Below, piece by piece: positions 10,404 to 19,256 of a stretch of DNA of 32,000 bases. The stretch comes from Delftia acidovorans NBRC 14950 (GTDB taxonomy: Bacteria; Pseudomonadota; Gammaproteobacteria; Burkholderiales; Burkholderiaceae_C). Where the stretch lies: positions 30,001 to 62,000 of the forward strand of contig NZ_BCZP01000026.1 in assembly GCF_001598795.1 (NCBI RefSeq). Reading direction: 5' to 3'. The translations under genes and the position numbers were made by a program. Each line of letters begins with the position of its first letter. Position 1 is the stretch's first letter. Below the pieces are notes generated by a model. That model made no database searches and was not told where the DNA came from. It was given only the letters and a program-made list of their open reading frames with translations.

Positions 10404-11627
10404 ATGAACGCCAAAGACACACTCCCCGCCGCCAACGCTGCCCTGCTGGAAATGCCCTTTGAAGGCTCGGAGCGCGCAGCCGGCCTGATCGACGCGCTCA
10501 ACGCCTTCATCCACGGCGAATTGGCCGACCTCGCCCGCGCGCATGGCGTGGACCATGAAAACAGCGCCTCCACCGAACTGCTGCGCCAGGTCTGGAAGCT
10601 GTCGCATGCGCGCGGCTTCTACGGCATGACCCTGCCCGAGGCCATGGGCGGCGCCGGCCTGCCCGTGCTCGACCAGGTGCTGGTCAAGGAGGCCATCTAC
10701 GCCACGGGCTCGCCCTTCGCGCCCCATGTACTGGGCGAACTCAGCGGCCCGCCGCGCATAGGTGCGCTGATCCGCAAGGCCACGCCGCTGCAGATGGAGC
10801 AGTTCATCCTGCCCGTGGCGCGCGCCGAGAAATCCATCTGCTTTGCGCTGACCGAGGCGGCGGCCGGCTCGGACGCGGGCGCGCTGGAGACGCGCGCCGT
10901 GCTCGAAGGCGACCACTACCTGCTCCACGGCCGCAAGCGCTTCATCTCGGGCTCGCCGTTCGCCGACTTCGCCGTGCTCATGGCCTCGACCGCGCCCGAG
11001 GGCAGCCCGCAGCGCGAGATCAGCGCCTTCTTCGTGGACCTGCATGCCCCGGGCGTGCAGGTGGTCAGCGGCTACAAGACCATGGCCGGGCAGTCCAGCA
11101 CGGGGGACATCGTGCTCGACGGCTGCCGCGTGCCCGCTGCCCAATTGATCGGCGAGCCGGGCCGGGGCCTGGCCCTGGCGCTGGGCCGCATCACCGTCAA
11201 CCGCCTGCTGCACTGCCCGGCCATGCTGGGGCTGGCCCAGGTGGCGCTGCGCGATGCGCGCGACTATGCGCTGGGGCGCCAGCAATTCGGCCGCAGCATT
11301 GCCCAGTTCCAATCCATACAGCACATGCTGGCCGACATGGCCACCGAATGGATGGCGGCGCGCGCACTGATGGTGCAGACGGCCCGCGCCATCGACGCCG
11401 GCATCGATGCGCGCGCCCAGGCCTCGATGAGCAAGCTGTTCTGCTCGGAGACGGCGTTCCGCATTGCCGACCGCGCCGTGCAGATCCATGGCGGCGAAGG
11501 CATCGTCCAGGGCCGGCGCGTGGAATTCCTGTTCCGCATGCTGCGCATGTACCGCGTGCTCACGGGCACCAGCGAGATACAGCGCAACACCATCGCCAAG
11601 GAACTGCTGGAGCGGGCCGGCGCCTGA
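10404..11627 (+). CDS. acyl-CoA dehydrogenase family protein
   Basis: 407-aa ORF starting 1 nt after the ligase stop. ACAD-like segments FALTEAAAGSDAGAL, QIHGGEGI and the C-terminal LTGTSEIQRNTIAKELL are present. Confidence 0.88.
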   Translation: MNAKDTLPAANAALLEMPFEGSERAAGLIDALNAFIHGELADLARAHGVDHENSASTELLRQVWKLSHARGFYGMTLPEAMGGAGLPVLDQVLVKEAIYATGSPFAPHVLGELSGPPRIGALIRKATPLQMEQFILPVARAEKSICFALTEAAAGSDAGALETRAVLEGDHYLLHGRKRFISGSPFADFAVLMASTAPEGSPQREISAFFVDLHAPGVQVVSGYKTMAGQSSTGDIVLDGCRVPAAQLIGEPGRGLALALGRITVNRLLHCPAMLGLAQVALRDARDYALGRQQFGRSIAQFQSIQHMLADMATEWMAARALMVQTARAIDAGIDARAQASMSKLFCSETAFRIADRAVQIHGGEGIVQGRRVEFLFRMLRMYRVLTGTSEIQRNTIAKELLERAGA

Positions 11628-11668
11628 GGCTGGCCGGCATGAAAGCGAAAAGACAAGGAGACAACGCC

Positions 11669-12688
11669 ATGCAAGACAATCCATCCCAAAGGCCGGACCG
11701 ACGCCGATTCCTGCGCGCTGCGGGCGCGGCATCGCTTGCCGCAGGCCTGCCCTGGGCCACCACAGCCGCCACAGCCACCACACACGACAGCGCCTGGCCC
11801 ACGCGCCCCATCAAATGGGTGGTGCCCTACCTGGCCGGCACCAGCCCCGACACGGCCGCGCGCATCGTGGCCGAGGCGCTGTCGGCCCAGCTGGGCCAGC
11901 CCGTGGTGATAGACAACCGCGCCGGCGCGGGCGGCAACATCGGCGCACGCCAGGTAGCCAAGGCGCCGGCGGACGGCTACACCCTGCTGTACTCGGGCTC
12001 GCCCATGGCCGCCGCCATGCGCATGTACAAAAGTCCGGGTTACGACGTGTTCAAGGACTTCCGCCATGTGCTGGGCATGTCGCGCTCGGACATCCTGGTC
12101 GTCGTGCATGCCGACTCGGGCATGCGCACGCTGGACGACCTGGCAGCGCGGGCGAGGGCCAGGCCAGGGGCGCTGGACTATGCCTCGGGCGGCGTGGGCA
12201 CGCCATCGCACCTGGGCGTGGAGATGCTGGCCTCCAGCATGGGCCTGCAGGTCAACCATGTGCCCTACAAGGGCGCGTCGGAGCTGGTCAATGCCGTGCT
12301 GGGCCAGCAGGTGGCCTTCGGCGCGCCGCTGTTTTCCGTCGCCTATCCCCAGGTGCTGGCGGGCAAGCTGGTGCCGCTGGCCATTGCCGGTCCCCAGCGC
12401 AACGCCAAGCTGCCCCAGGTGCAGACCCTGGCCGAGCTGGGCGTGCCCGATGTCAACCTCACATCCTGGGGCGGCGTGTCCGTGCCGGCCGCCACGCCCG
12501 AGCCCATCGTCCAGCGGCTGCGCACGGCGCTGGAGGAGGTGCTCAGGCAGCCCAGGGTCATCGCCTTGCTGGAGCAGGAAGGCGGCAAGGTCGCCATCAC
12601 CAGCGCCGACGCCTATGCCAAGGGCTTCGAGCGCGAGATCCAGTTCACCCAGTCCATGATGCAGCGCGTGGGCATACAGCCGATCTAG
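11669..12688 (+). CDS. Bug-family (TctC-like) tripartite tricarboxylate transporter substrate-binding protein
   Basis: AAGGAG SD 8 nt before ATG 11669. Twin-arginine signal RRRFLRAAGAASLAAG. Bug hallmarks PIKWVVPYLAGTSPDTAARIVAEAL, YASGGVGTPSHL and VPYKGA are present. Confidence 0.87.
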   Translation: MQDNPSQRPDRRRFLRAAGAASLAAGLPWATTAATATTHDSAWPTRPIKWVVPYLAGTSPDTAARIVAEALSAQLGQPVVIDNRAGAGGNIGARQVAKAPADGYTLLYSGSPMAAAMRMYKSPGYDVFKDFRHVLGMSRSDILVVVHADSGMRTLDDLAARARARPGALDYASGGVGTPSHLGVEMLASSMGLQVNHVPYKGASELVNAVLGQQVAFGAPLFSVAYPQVLAGKLVPLAIAGPQRNAKLPQVQTLAELGVPDVNLTSWGGVSVPAATPEPIVQRLRTALEEVLRQPRVIALLEQEGGKVAITSADAYAKGFEREIQFTQSMMQRVGIQPI

Positions 12689-12782
12689 GGCCTGGTACCA
12701 GGGCTTTGCACCGTGGCCGGGCACGGGCATGGCGGGCGGCAATCCTGCCCTGGCGCAATCGCTGGGATAATCCTGCCCATTC

Positions 12783-14846
12783 ATGATCAGCCTTCGCAAC
12801 ATTACCCTGCGCCGCGGCACCCGCGTGCTGCTGGACAGCACCTCCGTCTCCATCAACCCCGGTGAAAAAGTCGGCCTTGTCGGACGCAATGGCGCCGGCA
12901 AGTCCAGCCTGTTCGCCCTGCTCAACGGCAGCCTGGCCGAGGACGGTGGAGAGTTCTCCATCCCTTCGCAATGGCGCCTGGGCCAGGTCGCGCAGAACAT
13001 GCCCGAGACCTCGGAGACGGCCACCCAGTTCGTGCTGGACGGCGACACCCGCCTGAGCGAGCTCAACGCCCAGCTCGCGGCCGCCGAGGCCAGCGAGGAC
13101 GGCATGGCCATCGCCCACGCCCACGTGGACCTGGCCGACGCCGGCGCGCACGACGCCGTGCCGCGCGCCCAGGCCCTGATCCTGGGCCTGGGCTTCAAGG
13201 TCTCCGAGCTGGAGCACCCCGTCAACAGCTTCTCCGGCGGCTGGCGCATGCGCCTGCAGCTGGCGCGCGCACTGATGTGCCCCTCCGACCTGCTCCTGCT
13301 GGACGAGCCCACCAACCACTTGGACCTGGACGCCCTGGTCTGGCTGGAAGCCTGGCTCAAGCGCTACCCCGGCACCCTGGTCGTGATCAGCCATGACCGC
13401 GAATTCCTGGACGCCATCACCAACACCACGCTGCACATCGAAAACGCGCAGGTCACGCGCTATGGCGGCAACTACAGCAAGTTCGAGGAACTGCGCGCCC
13501 AGCAGATCCTGCTGCAGCAGGCCTCGTTCGAGCGCCAGCAGGACAAGATCGCCCACCTGCAGAAGTTCATCGACCGCTTCAAGGCCAAGGCCTCCAAGGC
13601 CAAGCAGGCGCAAAGCCGCGTCAAGCAGATCGAGCGCATGGAAAAGGTCGCACCCATGCTGGCCAGCGCCGATTTCACCTTCGAGTTCAAGCCGCCGGCC
13701 AACCTGCCCAACCCCATGCTGGCGATCACGGACGCCGCATTCGGCTACCTGGACGACGAAGGCCAGGCGACCACCATCCTGCGCGGCGTCAACCGCTCGG
13801 TGCTGGCGGGCCAGCGCATCGGCATCCTGGGCGCCAACGGCCAGGGCAAGTCCACCCTGGTCAAGACCATTGCGCGCGAGATGAAGGCCCTGGCCGGCAC
13901 CGTGACCGAAGGCAAGGGCCTGAACATCGGCTACTTCGCCCAGCAGGAACTGGACGTGCTGCGCCCCGGCGAGAACCCCATGGAGCACATGATCCGCCTG
14001 GCACGGGACACCGGCGCCACCGGCCCGCAGGCCCGCGAGCAGGACCTGCGCAGCTACCTGGGCACGTTCAACTTCAGCGGCGACATGGTCAAGCAGGCCG
14101 TGGGCAGCATGAGCGGCGGCGAAAAGGCCCGCCTGGTGCTGGCCATGATCGTCTGGCAGCGCCCCAACCTGCTGCTGCTGGACGAGCCCACCAACCACCT
14201 GGACCTGGCCACGCGCGAGGCCCTGGCCATGGCCATCAACGACTTCGACGGCACCGTCATGCTGGTCAGCCACGACCGCGCGCTGCTGCGCTCGGTCTGC
14301 GAGGACTTCTGGCTGGTCGGCCGTGGCGTGGTCGGCCCCTTCGACGGCGACCTGGACGACTACCAGCGCTACCTGCTGGAAGAATCCCGCCGCCTGCGCG
14401 AGGAGGCCCGCAAGGCCGAACAGGCGGCTGCGGCCACCAGCAAGGCGGCAGCGCAGGTGGAGCCTGCAGCACATGCAGCACCTGCAGTGCAGGCCCCCGC
14501 GACTGCTGCGCTGGCCCCGGCCCCCGCTGCCCCGTCCACGCCGCCGGCCGCCAGTGCCGGAGACCAGCGCGAGCAACGGCGCCTGGCGGCCCTGGCCCGC
14601 CAGCAGATGGCCGAGAAGACCCGGCCGTTCAAGAAGGAACTGGAACAGCTGGACAAGCGCCTGCCCCAGCTGCAGGCCGAGCGCACGCGGCTCGAAGGCC
14701 TGCTGAGCCAGCCCATCTCGCCCGCCGACATGGCCGAGACGGGCCGCAGCCTCAAGGCCTGCAACGACGAGATCGACAGCCTGGAAGAGCGCTGGCTGGA
14801 ACTGAGCGAGCAGATCGAGCAGCTGTCGGCCGCGATCTCCGACTGA
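12783..14846 (+). CDS. ABC-F family ATPase (YheS-like, no membrane domain)
   Basis: Two ABC cassettes: Walker A GRNGAGKSS and GANGQGKST, signatures FSGGWRMRLQLA and MSGGEKARLVLA, and LLLLDEPTNHLD twice. No TM segments. An Ala/Pro-rich linker is followed by a coiled-coil tail. Confidence 0.92.
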   Translation: MISLRNITLRRGTRVLLDSTSVSINPGEKVGLVGRNGAGKSSLFALLNGSLAEDGGEFSIPSQWRLGQVAQNMPETSETATQFVLDGDTRLSELNAQLAAAEASEDGMAIAHAHVDLADAGAHDAVPRAQALILGLGFKVSELEHPVNSFSGGWRMRLQLARALMCPSDLLLLDEPTNHLDLDALVWLEAWLKRYPGTLVVISHDREFLDAITNTTLHIENAQVTRYGGNYSKFEELRAQQILLQQASFERQQDKIAHLQKFIDRFKAKASKAKQAQSRVKQIERMEKVAPMLASADFTFEFKPPANLPNPMLAITDAAFGYLDDEGQATTILRGVNRSVLAGQRIGILGANGQGKSTLVKTIAREMKALAGTVTEGKGLNIGYFAQQELDVLRPGENPMEHMIRLARDTGATGPQAREQDLRSYLGTFNFSGDMVKQAVGSMSGGEKARLVLAMIVWQRPNLLLLDEPTNHLDLATREALAMAINDFDGTVMLVSHDRALLRSVCEDFWLVGRGVVGPFDGDLDDYQRYLLEESRRLREEARKAEQAAAATSKAAAQVEPAAHAAPAVQAPATAALAPAPAAPSTPPAASAGDQREQRRLAALARQQMAEKTRPFKKELEQLDKRLPQLQAERTRLEGLLSQPISPADMAETGRSLKACNDEIDSLEERWLELSEQIEQLSAAISD

Positions 14847-14866
14847 TTCCAGTCGTTCTCGAAAAT

Positions 14867-14890
14867 CAGGCGGTCCCATGGGACCGCCTG
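14867..14890 (+). terminator. perfect 24-nt palindromic hairpin after the ABC-F gene (terminator-like, no 3' T-tract)
   Basis: CAGGCGGTCCCATGGGACCGCCTG begins 21 nt after the stop codon. The A/T run (GAAAAT) is on the 5' side only, so the terminator role is uncertain. Confidence 0.4.
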
Positions 14891-15032
14891 CCACAAGCGT
14901 CGTCCCGCGTGAAGACGGCGCTCCACTTCGGCTCAGCCGAAGTGCGCCCCTGAGGCCCCCCCCACTCCCCTCACGCCCCCAACTCCCCCACAGCCAGCGG
15001 AACGCATAGATCGTTTGATTCAGGGTTTCTCC

Positions 15033-15094
15033 TGAATGAAAGATTTCATTCTTAAAAAATAATGAATGAAAGAGACCATTCACTTTCATTCATT
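15033..15094. promoter_or_regulatory. pair of operator-like inverted repeats sharing the half-site GAATGAAAG, in an AT-rich island at the rpiR 5' end
   Basis: IR1 is GAATGAAA-GA-TTTCATTC (15034-15051). IR2 is AATGAATGAAAG-N10-CTTTCATTCATT (15061-15094). The direct 11-mer TGAATGAAAGA occurs at 15033 and 15063, 30 bp apart. Confidence 0.45.
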
Positions 15095-16052
15095 CATGGA
15101 ACTCCACCCCCACCCCGCCGTACAGGAACTGCTGCGCGCCAGCGTCGATGGCTCGCCCGCTGTCGCCCGGGTCGGCCGCTGGATGGCCGCGCATCCGGTG
15201 CTGGCCGTCACGCTGAGCGCCGAGGAAGTGGCCAATGCCTGCGGCGGCTCCCTGGCTGCCGTCAACCGCTTCGCCAAGCATGCCGGCTACGAAGGCTTTG
15301 CCGATTTGCGCCTGCACCTGGGCCGCCAGCTGCAGCAGGCCCTGGAACCCGTGAACAAGCTGCGCGCGGCGCATGGGCCCGAAGCCGCCACGGCAGGCGC
15401 TGCGGGCGCCGTGGGCACCATGGGCGCGCAGGCCTTCGGGCATACGCAGCGCAACCTGCAGGCTGCTGCGCAGGCCTGCGACCCCGGCCTGCTCGACCAA
15501 CTGGCCCAGCGCATCTGCCGCGCACGCCGTGTGCTCTTCATGGGGTTTGGCAGCTCCCACCATGTGGCGGCCTTTGGCGCCGACGTGCTGCAACCCTATC
15601 TGCAGCAGGTGGTGGAAGTGACCTCCGCAGGCGGATCGGAACAGGCGGTACGCCGCATGACAGGGCTGACGGAGCAGGACGTGCTGATCGCCATTTCACT
15701 GCCGCGCTACTCGCGCGAAGCCGTCGCGCTGACGGCGCACGCACGCCAGCGGGGCGCCCTGACCATCGCCATCACCGACGAGTCCACGAGTCCGCTGGCC
15801 CGCGAGGCCGACTACACGCTGCTGGCGCCCGCCTCGCATCCCCTGCTGCCTTCATCGCCAATGGCGGCCATGGCCATGGTCGAGGCACTGGCCACCCAGG
15901 TCATCCGCGCCACACCCCAGGCCGTGCGCAGCCTGGTCGAATTGTCCGAGTCGGTACTTCCCTACCTGACTCCGGACGCCGATACCGCTTCGCCGGCGGC
16001 AGGCAAGCCGCAACCCCAGGCCCCTCATCCCGCTGGAAAGGATTCACCATGA
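15066..16052 (+). CDS. RpiR/MurR-family transcriptional regulator (HTH_6 + SIS domain)
   Basis: HTH region LSAEEVANACGGSLAAVNRFAKHAGYEGFADLRLHL. SIS region RRVLFMGFGSSHHVAAFGADVL ... DVLIAISLPRYSREAV ... TIAITDESTSPLA. The start is ambiguous: ATG 15066 lies inside the palindrome, and ATG 15096 (MELHPHP...) is equally possible. Confidence 0.85.
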   Translation: MKETIHFHSFMELHPHPAVQELLRASVDGSPAVARVGRWMAAHPVLAVTLSAEEVANACGGSLAAVNRFAKHAGYEGFADLRLHLGRQLQQALEPVNKLRAAHGPEAATAGAAGAVGTMGAQAFGHTQRNLQAAAQACDPGLLDQLAQRICRARRVLFMGFGSSHHVAAFGADVLQPYLQQVVEVTSAGGSEQAVRRMTGLTEQDVLIAISLPRYSREAVALTAHARQRGALTIAITDESTSPLAREADYTLLAPASHPLLPSSPMAAMAMVEALATQVIRATPQAVRSLVELSESVLPYLTPDADTASPAAGKPQPQAPHPAGKDSP

Positions 16053-17086
16053 ACGCCCCTGCCCGTCTGCGCCTTGCGCTTGCATCGATGGCCGCCCTCT
16101 TCACACTCGCTGCCGCGCCCGCCCACGCTGGCAAGACGCTGGACGGCATCAAGCAGCGCGGCGCCGTGGCCTGCGGCGTGCACACGGGACGCGCAGGCTT
16201 TGCGCTCGCCGACGGCAGCGGCAACTGGTCCGGGCTGGACGTGGATCTGTGCCGTGCCGTGGCTGCAGCCACCCTGGGTGACGCCAGCAAGGTCAAGTTC
16301 ATTCCCACCAGTGGCCAGACACGCATCACGGCGCTGCAGTCCGGCGAGATCGATCTGCTGGCACGCAACACCACCTGGACCTTCACGCGCGACAACGGCC
16401 TGGGCCTGATGTGGGCGGGCATCAATTTCCACGACGGCCAGGGCTTCATGGCCAGGAAGAAGCCCGGCCTGAACAGCGTCAAGCAGCTCTCTGGCGCCAC
16501 CATCTGCGTGATCAGCGGATCCACCACGGAAAAGACCCTGTCGGAGTACTTTCGCGCCCACAAGCTCAACTACAAGGCGGTGGTGTTCGACAACCCCGAA
16601 GCCGCCCTGCAGGCCTTCAGCAGCGGACGCTGCCAGGCCTATACAGGCGACCTTGGCGCCCTGGCCGTGCTGCGCGGCAAGGAACTGGCCAACCCCGACG
16701 ACTACGTGATCCTGCCCGAAGTCATCTCCAAGGAGCCAGCCGGCCCGGCCGTGCGACGCGGTGACGACGAATGGTTCGCCGTCGTGCGCTGGACACTCAA
16801 CGCCATGATCGAGGCCGAGGAACTGGGCATCACCCAGGCCAATGCCGACGAGCTCAAGACCCGCTCCGACAGCATCCAGGTCAAGCGTTTCCTGGGCCAG
16901 AGCGACGACCTGGGCAAGCAGCTGGGGCTGGACAAGGAATGGGCCCTGCGCATCGTCAAGGCCGTGGGCAACTATGGCGAGAGCTATGAGCGCAACCTGG
17001 GCGCCAGGTCGGGCCTGAACGTGCCGCGCGGCAAGAACGCGCTGTTCACCAAGGGCGGCCTGATGATGTCGCCGCCGATGAACTGA
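16049..17086 (+). CDS. amino-acid ABC transporter periplasmic substrate-binding protein (AapJ/BztA-like, general L-amino acid type)
   Basis: GGAAAGGA SD; the ATG overlaps the rpiR stop (ATGA). Signal peptide MNAPARLRLALASMAALFTLAAAPAHA. 345 aa with AapJ-like length and sequence (GVHTGRAGFA..., DLLARNTTWT...). Confidence 0.88.
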   Translation: MNAPARLRLALASMAALFTLAAAPAHAGKTLDGIKQRGAVACGVHTGRAGFALADGSGNWSGLDVDLCRAVAAATLGDASKVKFIPTSGQTRITALQSGEIDLLARNTTWTFTRDNGLGLMWAGINFHDGQGFMARKKPGLNSVKQLSGATICVISGSTTEKTLSEYFRAHKLNYKAVVFDNPEAALQAFSSGRCQAYTGDLGALAVLRGKELANPDDYVILPEVISKEPAGPAVRRGDDEWFAVVRWTLNAMIEAEELGITQANADELKTRSDSIQVKRFLGQSDDLGKQLGLDKEWALRIVKAVGNYGESYERNLGARSGLNVPRGKNALFTKGGLMMSPPMN

Positions 17087-17106
17087 CGCGCCGAAGGCAC
17101 CCTGCC

Positions 17107-18156
17107 ATGAACGCCGCGAACGCCGTGAATGCTGCGAAAGCCGTGAATGCCATCGACGCCGGGGCACGGCAGCCGCCGGCCCCCACCCGGCCACGCTGGG
17201 GCAGGCTGGCCTTGCAGCTCGCCATCGGCTGGCTGCTGATATTGCTGCTGGGCTGGCTGGCGCACAACGCCAGCCGCAACATGGCCGCGCGCGGCATTGC
17301 CGGGGGCTTCGGCTTTCTGGAGCAGACGGCCGGCTTTTCCATCTCCGAAGGGCTGCTGCCCTACGAGCCCGGCGACAGCTACCTGCGTGCAGTCGCGGCC
17401 GGCGTGACCAACACGGTTCGCGCCGCCGTGCCCGCGCTCGCGCTGGCCACCGTGCTGGGCCTGCTGCTGGGCGTGGCCGCCGTGGCAAGGCATCCGCTGC
17501 TGCGCGGCGCCGTGCGCCTCTATGTCGATGTGGCGCGCAACATCCCGCTGCTGGTGCAGGTGCTGCTGTGGTATTTCGCGCTGACTTCGCTGCTGCCCGA
17601 CGTGGACCGCCCTCTGGCCATCGGGCGCCTGGGCTTTCTGAGCAAGGCGGGGCTGGCCCTGCCCGGCCCGGTGTACGACAGCGCGGCTGGCTGGCACTGG
17701 AGCTCTCCGCAACCGGGCATGTTCGGCATCGACGGAGGACTGGCGCTGACGCCTGAATTCCTGGCCCTGGTGGGAGCCCTAGGCCTGTATGCCGCCGCCT
17801 ATTGCGCGGAAATCGTGCGCGCCGGTCTGCAGGCCGTGCCGCGCGGGCAATGGAATGCCGCCTCGGCCCTGGGCATGCGCCGTGGCCAGCAGCTGCGCCT
17901 GGTCGTGCTGCCGCAGGCCCTGCGGGTGATCATTCCGCCCTATACCAACCTGGCGCTCAGCACCATCAAGAACTCCTCGCTGGCCGTGGCCATCGGCTAC
18001 CCCGACGTGGTGATGGTCGCCAACACCGCCATGAGCCAGACCGGCCAGGCCATCGAGTGCGTGACCATCATCGCGGTGGTCTACCTGGCCATCAACCTGC
18101 TGACCTCGCTGGCATTGAATGCCTTCAACCAGCGCAGTGCCTTCATCACAGGCTAG
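17107..18156 (+). CDS. amino-acid ABC transporter permease (AapQ/BztB-like)
   Basis: 349-aa polytopic membrane ORF. His/Glu/Gln/Arg-type permease EAA-like loop AAYCAEIVRAGLQAVPRGQWNAASALGMRRGQQLRLVVLPQALRVIIPPYTN. Confidence 0.88.
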   Translation: MNAANAVNAAKAVNAIDAGARQPPAPTRPRWGRLALQLAIGWLLILLLGWLAHNASRNMAARGIAGGFGFLEQTAGFSISEGLLPYEPGDSYLRAVAAGVTNTVRAAVPALALATVLGLLLGVAAVARHPLLRGAVRLYVDVARNIPLLVQVLLWYFALTSLLPDVDRPLAIGRLGFLSKAGLALPGPVYDSAAGWHWSSPQPGMFGIDGGLALTPEFLALVGALGLYAAAYCAEIVRAGLQAVPRGQWNAASALGMRRGQQLRLVVLPQALRVIIPPYTNLALSTIKNSSLAVAIGYPDVVMVANTAMSQTGQAIECVTIIAVVYLAINLLTSLALNAFNQRSAFITG

Positions 18157-18173
18157 CCGGGAAAGACCTGCCC

Positions 18174-19256
18174 ATGAGTGCCGTACTCCGCGCACCGGCC
18201 CTGCCGGTGGCCCCGCCCCGGGTTCCGCTGGCACAGCGCCTGCGCGCCAGCCTGTTTCCGGATGCGCTCTCCGGGCTCATCACCGCCACGCTGCTGCTGG
18301 CCGCGCTGTGGGCGGGCTGGAAGCTGCTGGCCTGGGGCCTGCTCGACGCCGAAACCGCAGCCAACCCCGACACATGCCGCGCTGCGGCCGGCGCCTGCTG
18401 GGGCGTGGTGCGCGACAAGTACCGTCTGGTGTTCCTGGGGCGCTACCCCATGGCCGAACAGTGGCGCCCCGTCGCCGCCAGCCTGCTGCTGCTGGGCAGC
18501 GTGGGGGTGGCGGCACTGCCGCGCTTCTTCGGCCGCGCCGGCATGGCAATGCTGCTGGCCGGGTTGACCGGCTTTGGCGTGCTGATGGCGGGCGGTGTGG
18601 CCGGCCTGGCACCCGTGCCCAGCGATCTGTGGGGCGGCCTGCCGCTGACCCTGTTCCTTGCCGTGATCGCCTGCCTGGCCGGCGTTCCGCTGGGCATTCT
18701 GCTGGCGCTGGGCCGGCGCTCCAGCCTGCCTTTGCTGCGCGTGCTCTGCACGTTGTTCATCGAAGCGGTGCGCGGCGTGCCCCTGATCACGCTGCTGTTC
18801 TTCGGGGCCTTCGTGCTGCCCATGCTGGTGCCCGCGCAATGGCGGGTGGACCCCATGGTCCGCATCGCCGTCTGCCTGGCGGCCTTCAGCGCCGCCTATC
18901 TTGCCGAGGTGTTTCGCGGCGGGCTGCAGGCCGTGCCCCAGGGCCAGGTCATGGCGGCCCAGGCCATGGGCTTCACCAGGGTGCAGGTGTTGCGCCACGT
19001 GGTCCTGCCGCAGGCACTGCGCGTGACCATCGCGCCCACGGTGAGCAACTTCATCGGCGCGGTGAAGGACACCTCCCTGGTGGCGATCGTGAACATCTAC
19101 GACATCACCGGCTCCCTGAAGATGGCCATGAGCGACCCCCACTGGATTGCGTACTTCGTGGAGATGTACATGGTGGTCTGTGCCGTCTACCTGCTCATCG
19201 GCCTGGGCATCGCCCGCTATGGCCGCTTCCTGGAATCGCGCTACGCACTCCAATGA
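18174..19256 (+). CDS. amino-acid ABC transporter permease (AapM/BztC-like)
   Basis: Start at ATG 18174 (MSAVLRAPAL...). 360-aa membrane protein with loop AAYLAEVFRGGLQAVPQGQVMAAQAMGFTRVQVLRHVVLPQALRVTIAP. Confidence 0.88.
   Translation: MSAVLRAPALPVAPPRVPLAQRLRASLFPDALSGLITATLLLAALWAGWKLLAWGLLDAETAANPDTCRAAAGACWGVVRDKYRLVFLGRYPMAEQWRPVAASLLLLGSVGVAALPRFFGRAGMAMLLAGLTGFGVLMAGGVAGLAPVPSDLWGGLPLTLFLAVIACLAGVPLGILLALGRRSSLPLLRVLCTLFIEAVRGVPLITLLFFGAFVLPMLVPAQWRVDPMVRIAVCLAAFSAAYLAEVFRGGLQAVPQGQVMAAQAMGFTRVQVLRHVVLPQALRVTIAPTVSNFIGAVKDTSLVAIVNIYDITGSLKMAMSDPHWIAYFVEMYMVVCAVYLLIGLGIARYGRFLESRYALQ

Noticed and set aside
12251-12478. Two further GTCAACC-N16-CG(C/T)G matches (12251-12277 and 12452-12478)
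   Set aside because: Both lie inside the Bug-protein coding sequence (Val-Asn codons), lack the full CGTT, and have no downstream SD or ATG at the conserved spacing. They show that the heptamer alone is not diagnostic. The promoter call at 20425 and 20648 rests on the duplicated full architecture.
12691-12702. CCTGGTACCAGG palindrome just after the Bug gene, as a terminator
   Set aside because: It has only a 12-nt perfect palindrome with a minimal loop and a weak CTTTG tail. That is too weak to call as a terminator with any confidence.
12645-15089. 814-aa minus-strand ORF opposite the ABC-F gene (similar cases at 8492-10573, 11264-13360, 10344-11783 and 16025-17488)
   Set aside because: All are antisense or out-of-frame shadows of genes with clear family motifs. 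Their composition is typical of GC-rich non-coding frames.
15062-16048. Upstream part of the 674-aa ORF 15062-17086
   Set aside because: Only the distal part, from ATG 16049 (signal peptide plus AapJ-like protein), is real. The upstream part is an out-of-frame read through rpiR, Arg/Gly/Pro-rich and without motifs.
17122-17150. 18-nt tandem duplication (GCCGTGAATGC at 17122 and 17140) at the 5' end of the first permease gene, giving AVNAAK-AVNAID
   Set aside because: It is a short in-frame duplication in a non-conserved cytoplasmic N-terminal tail. It has no evident regulatory structure and is probably neutral.
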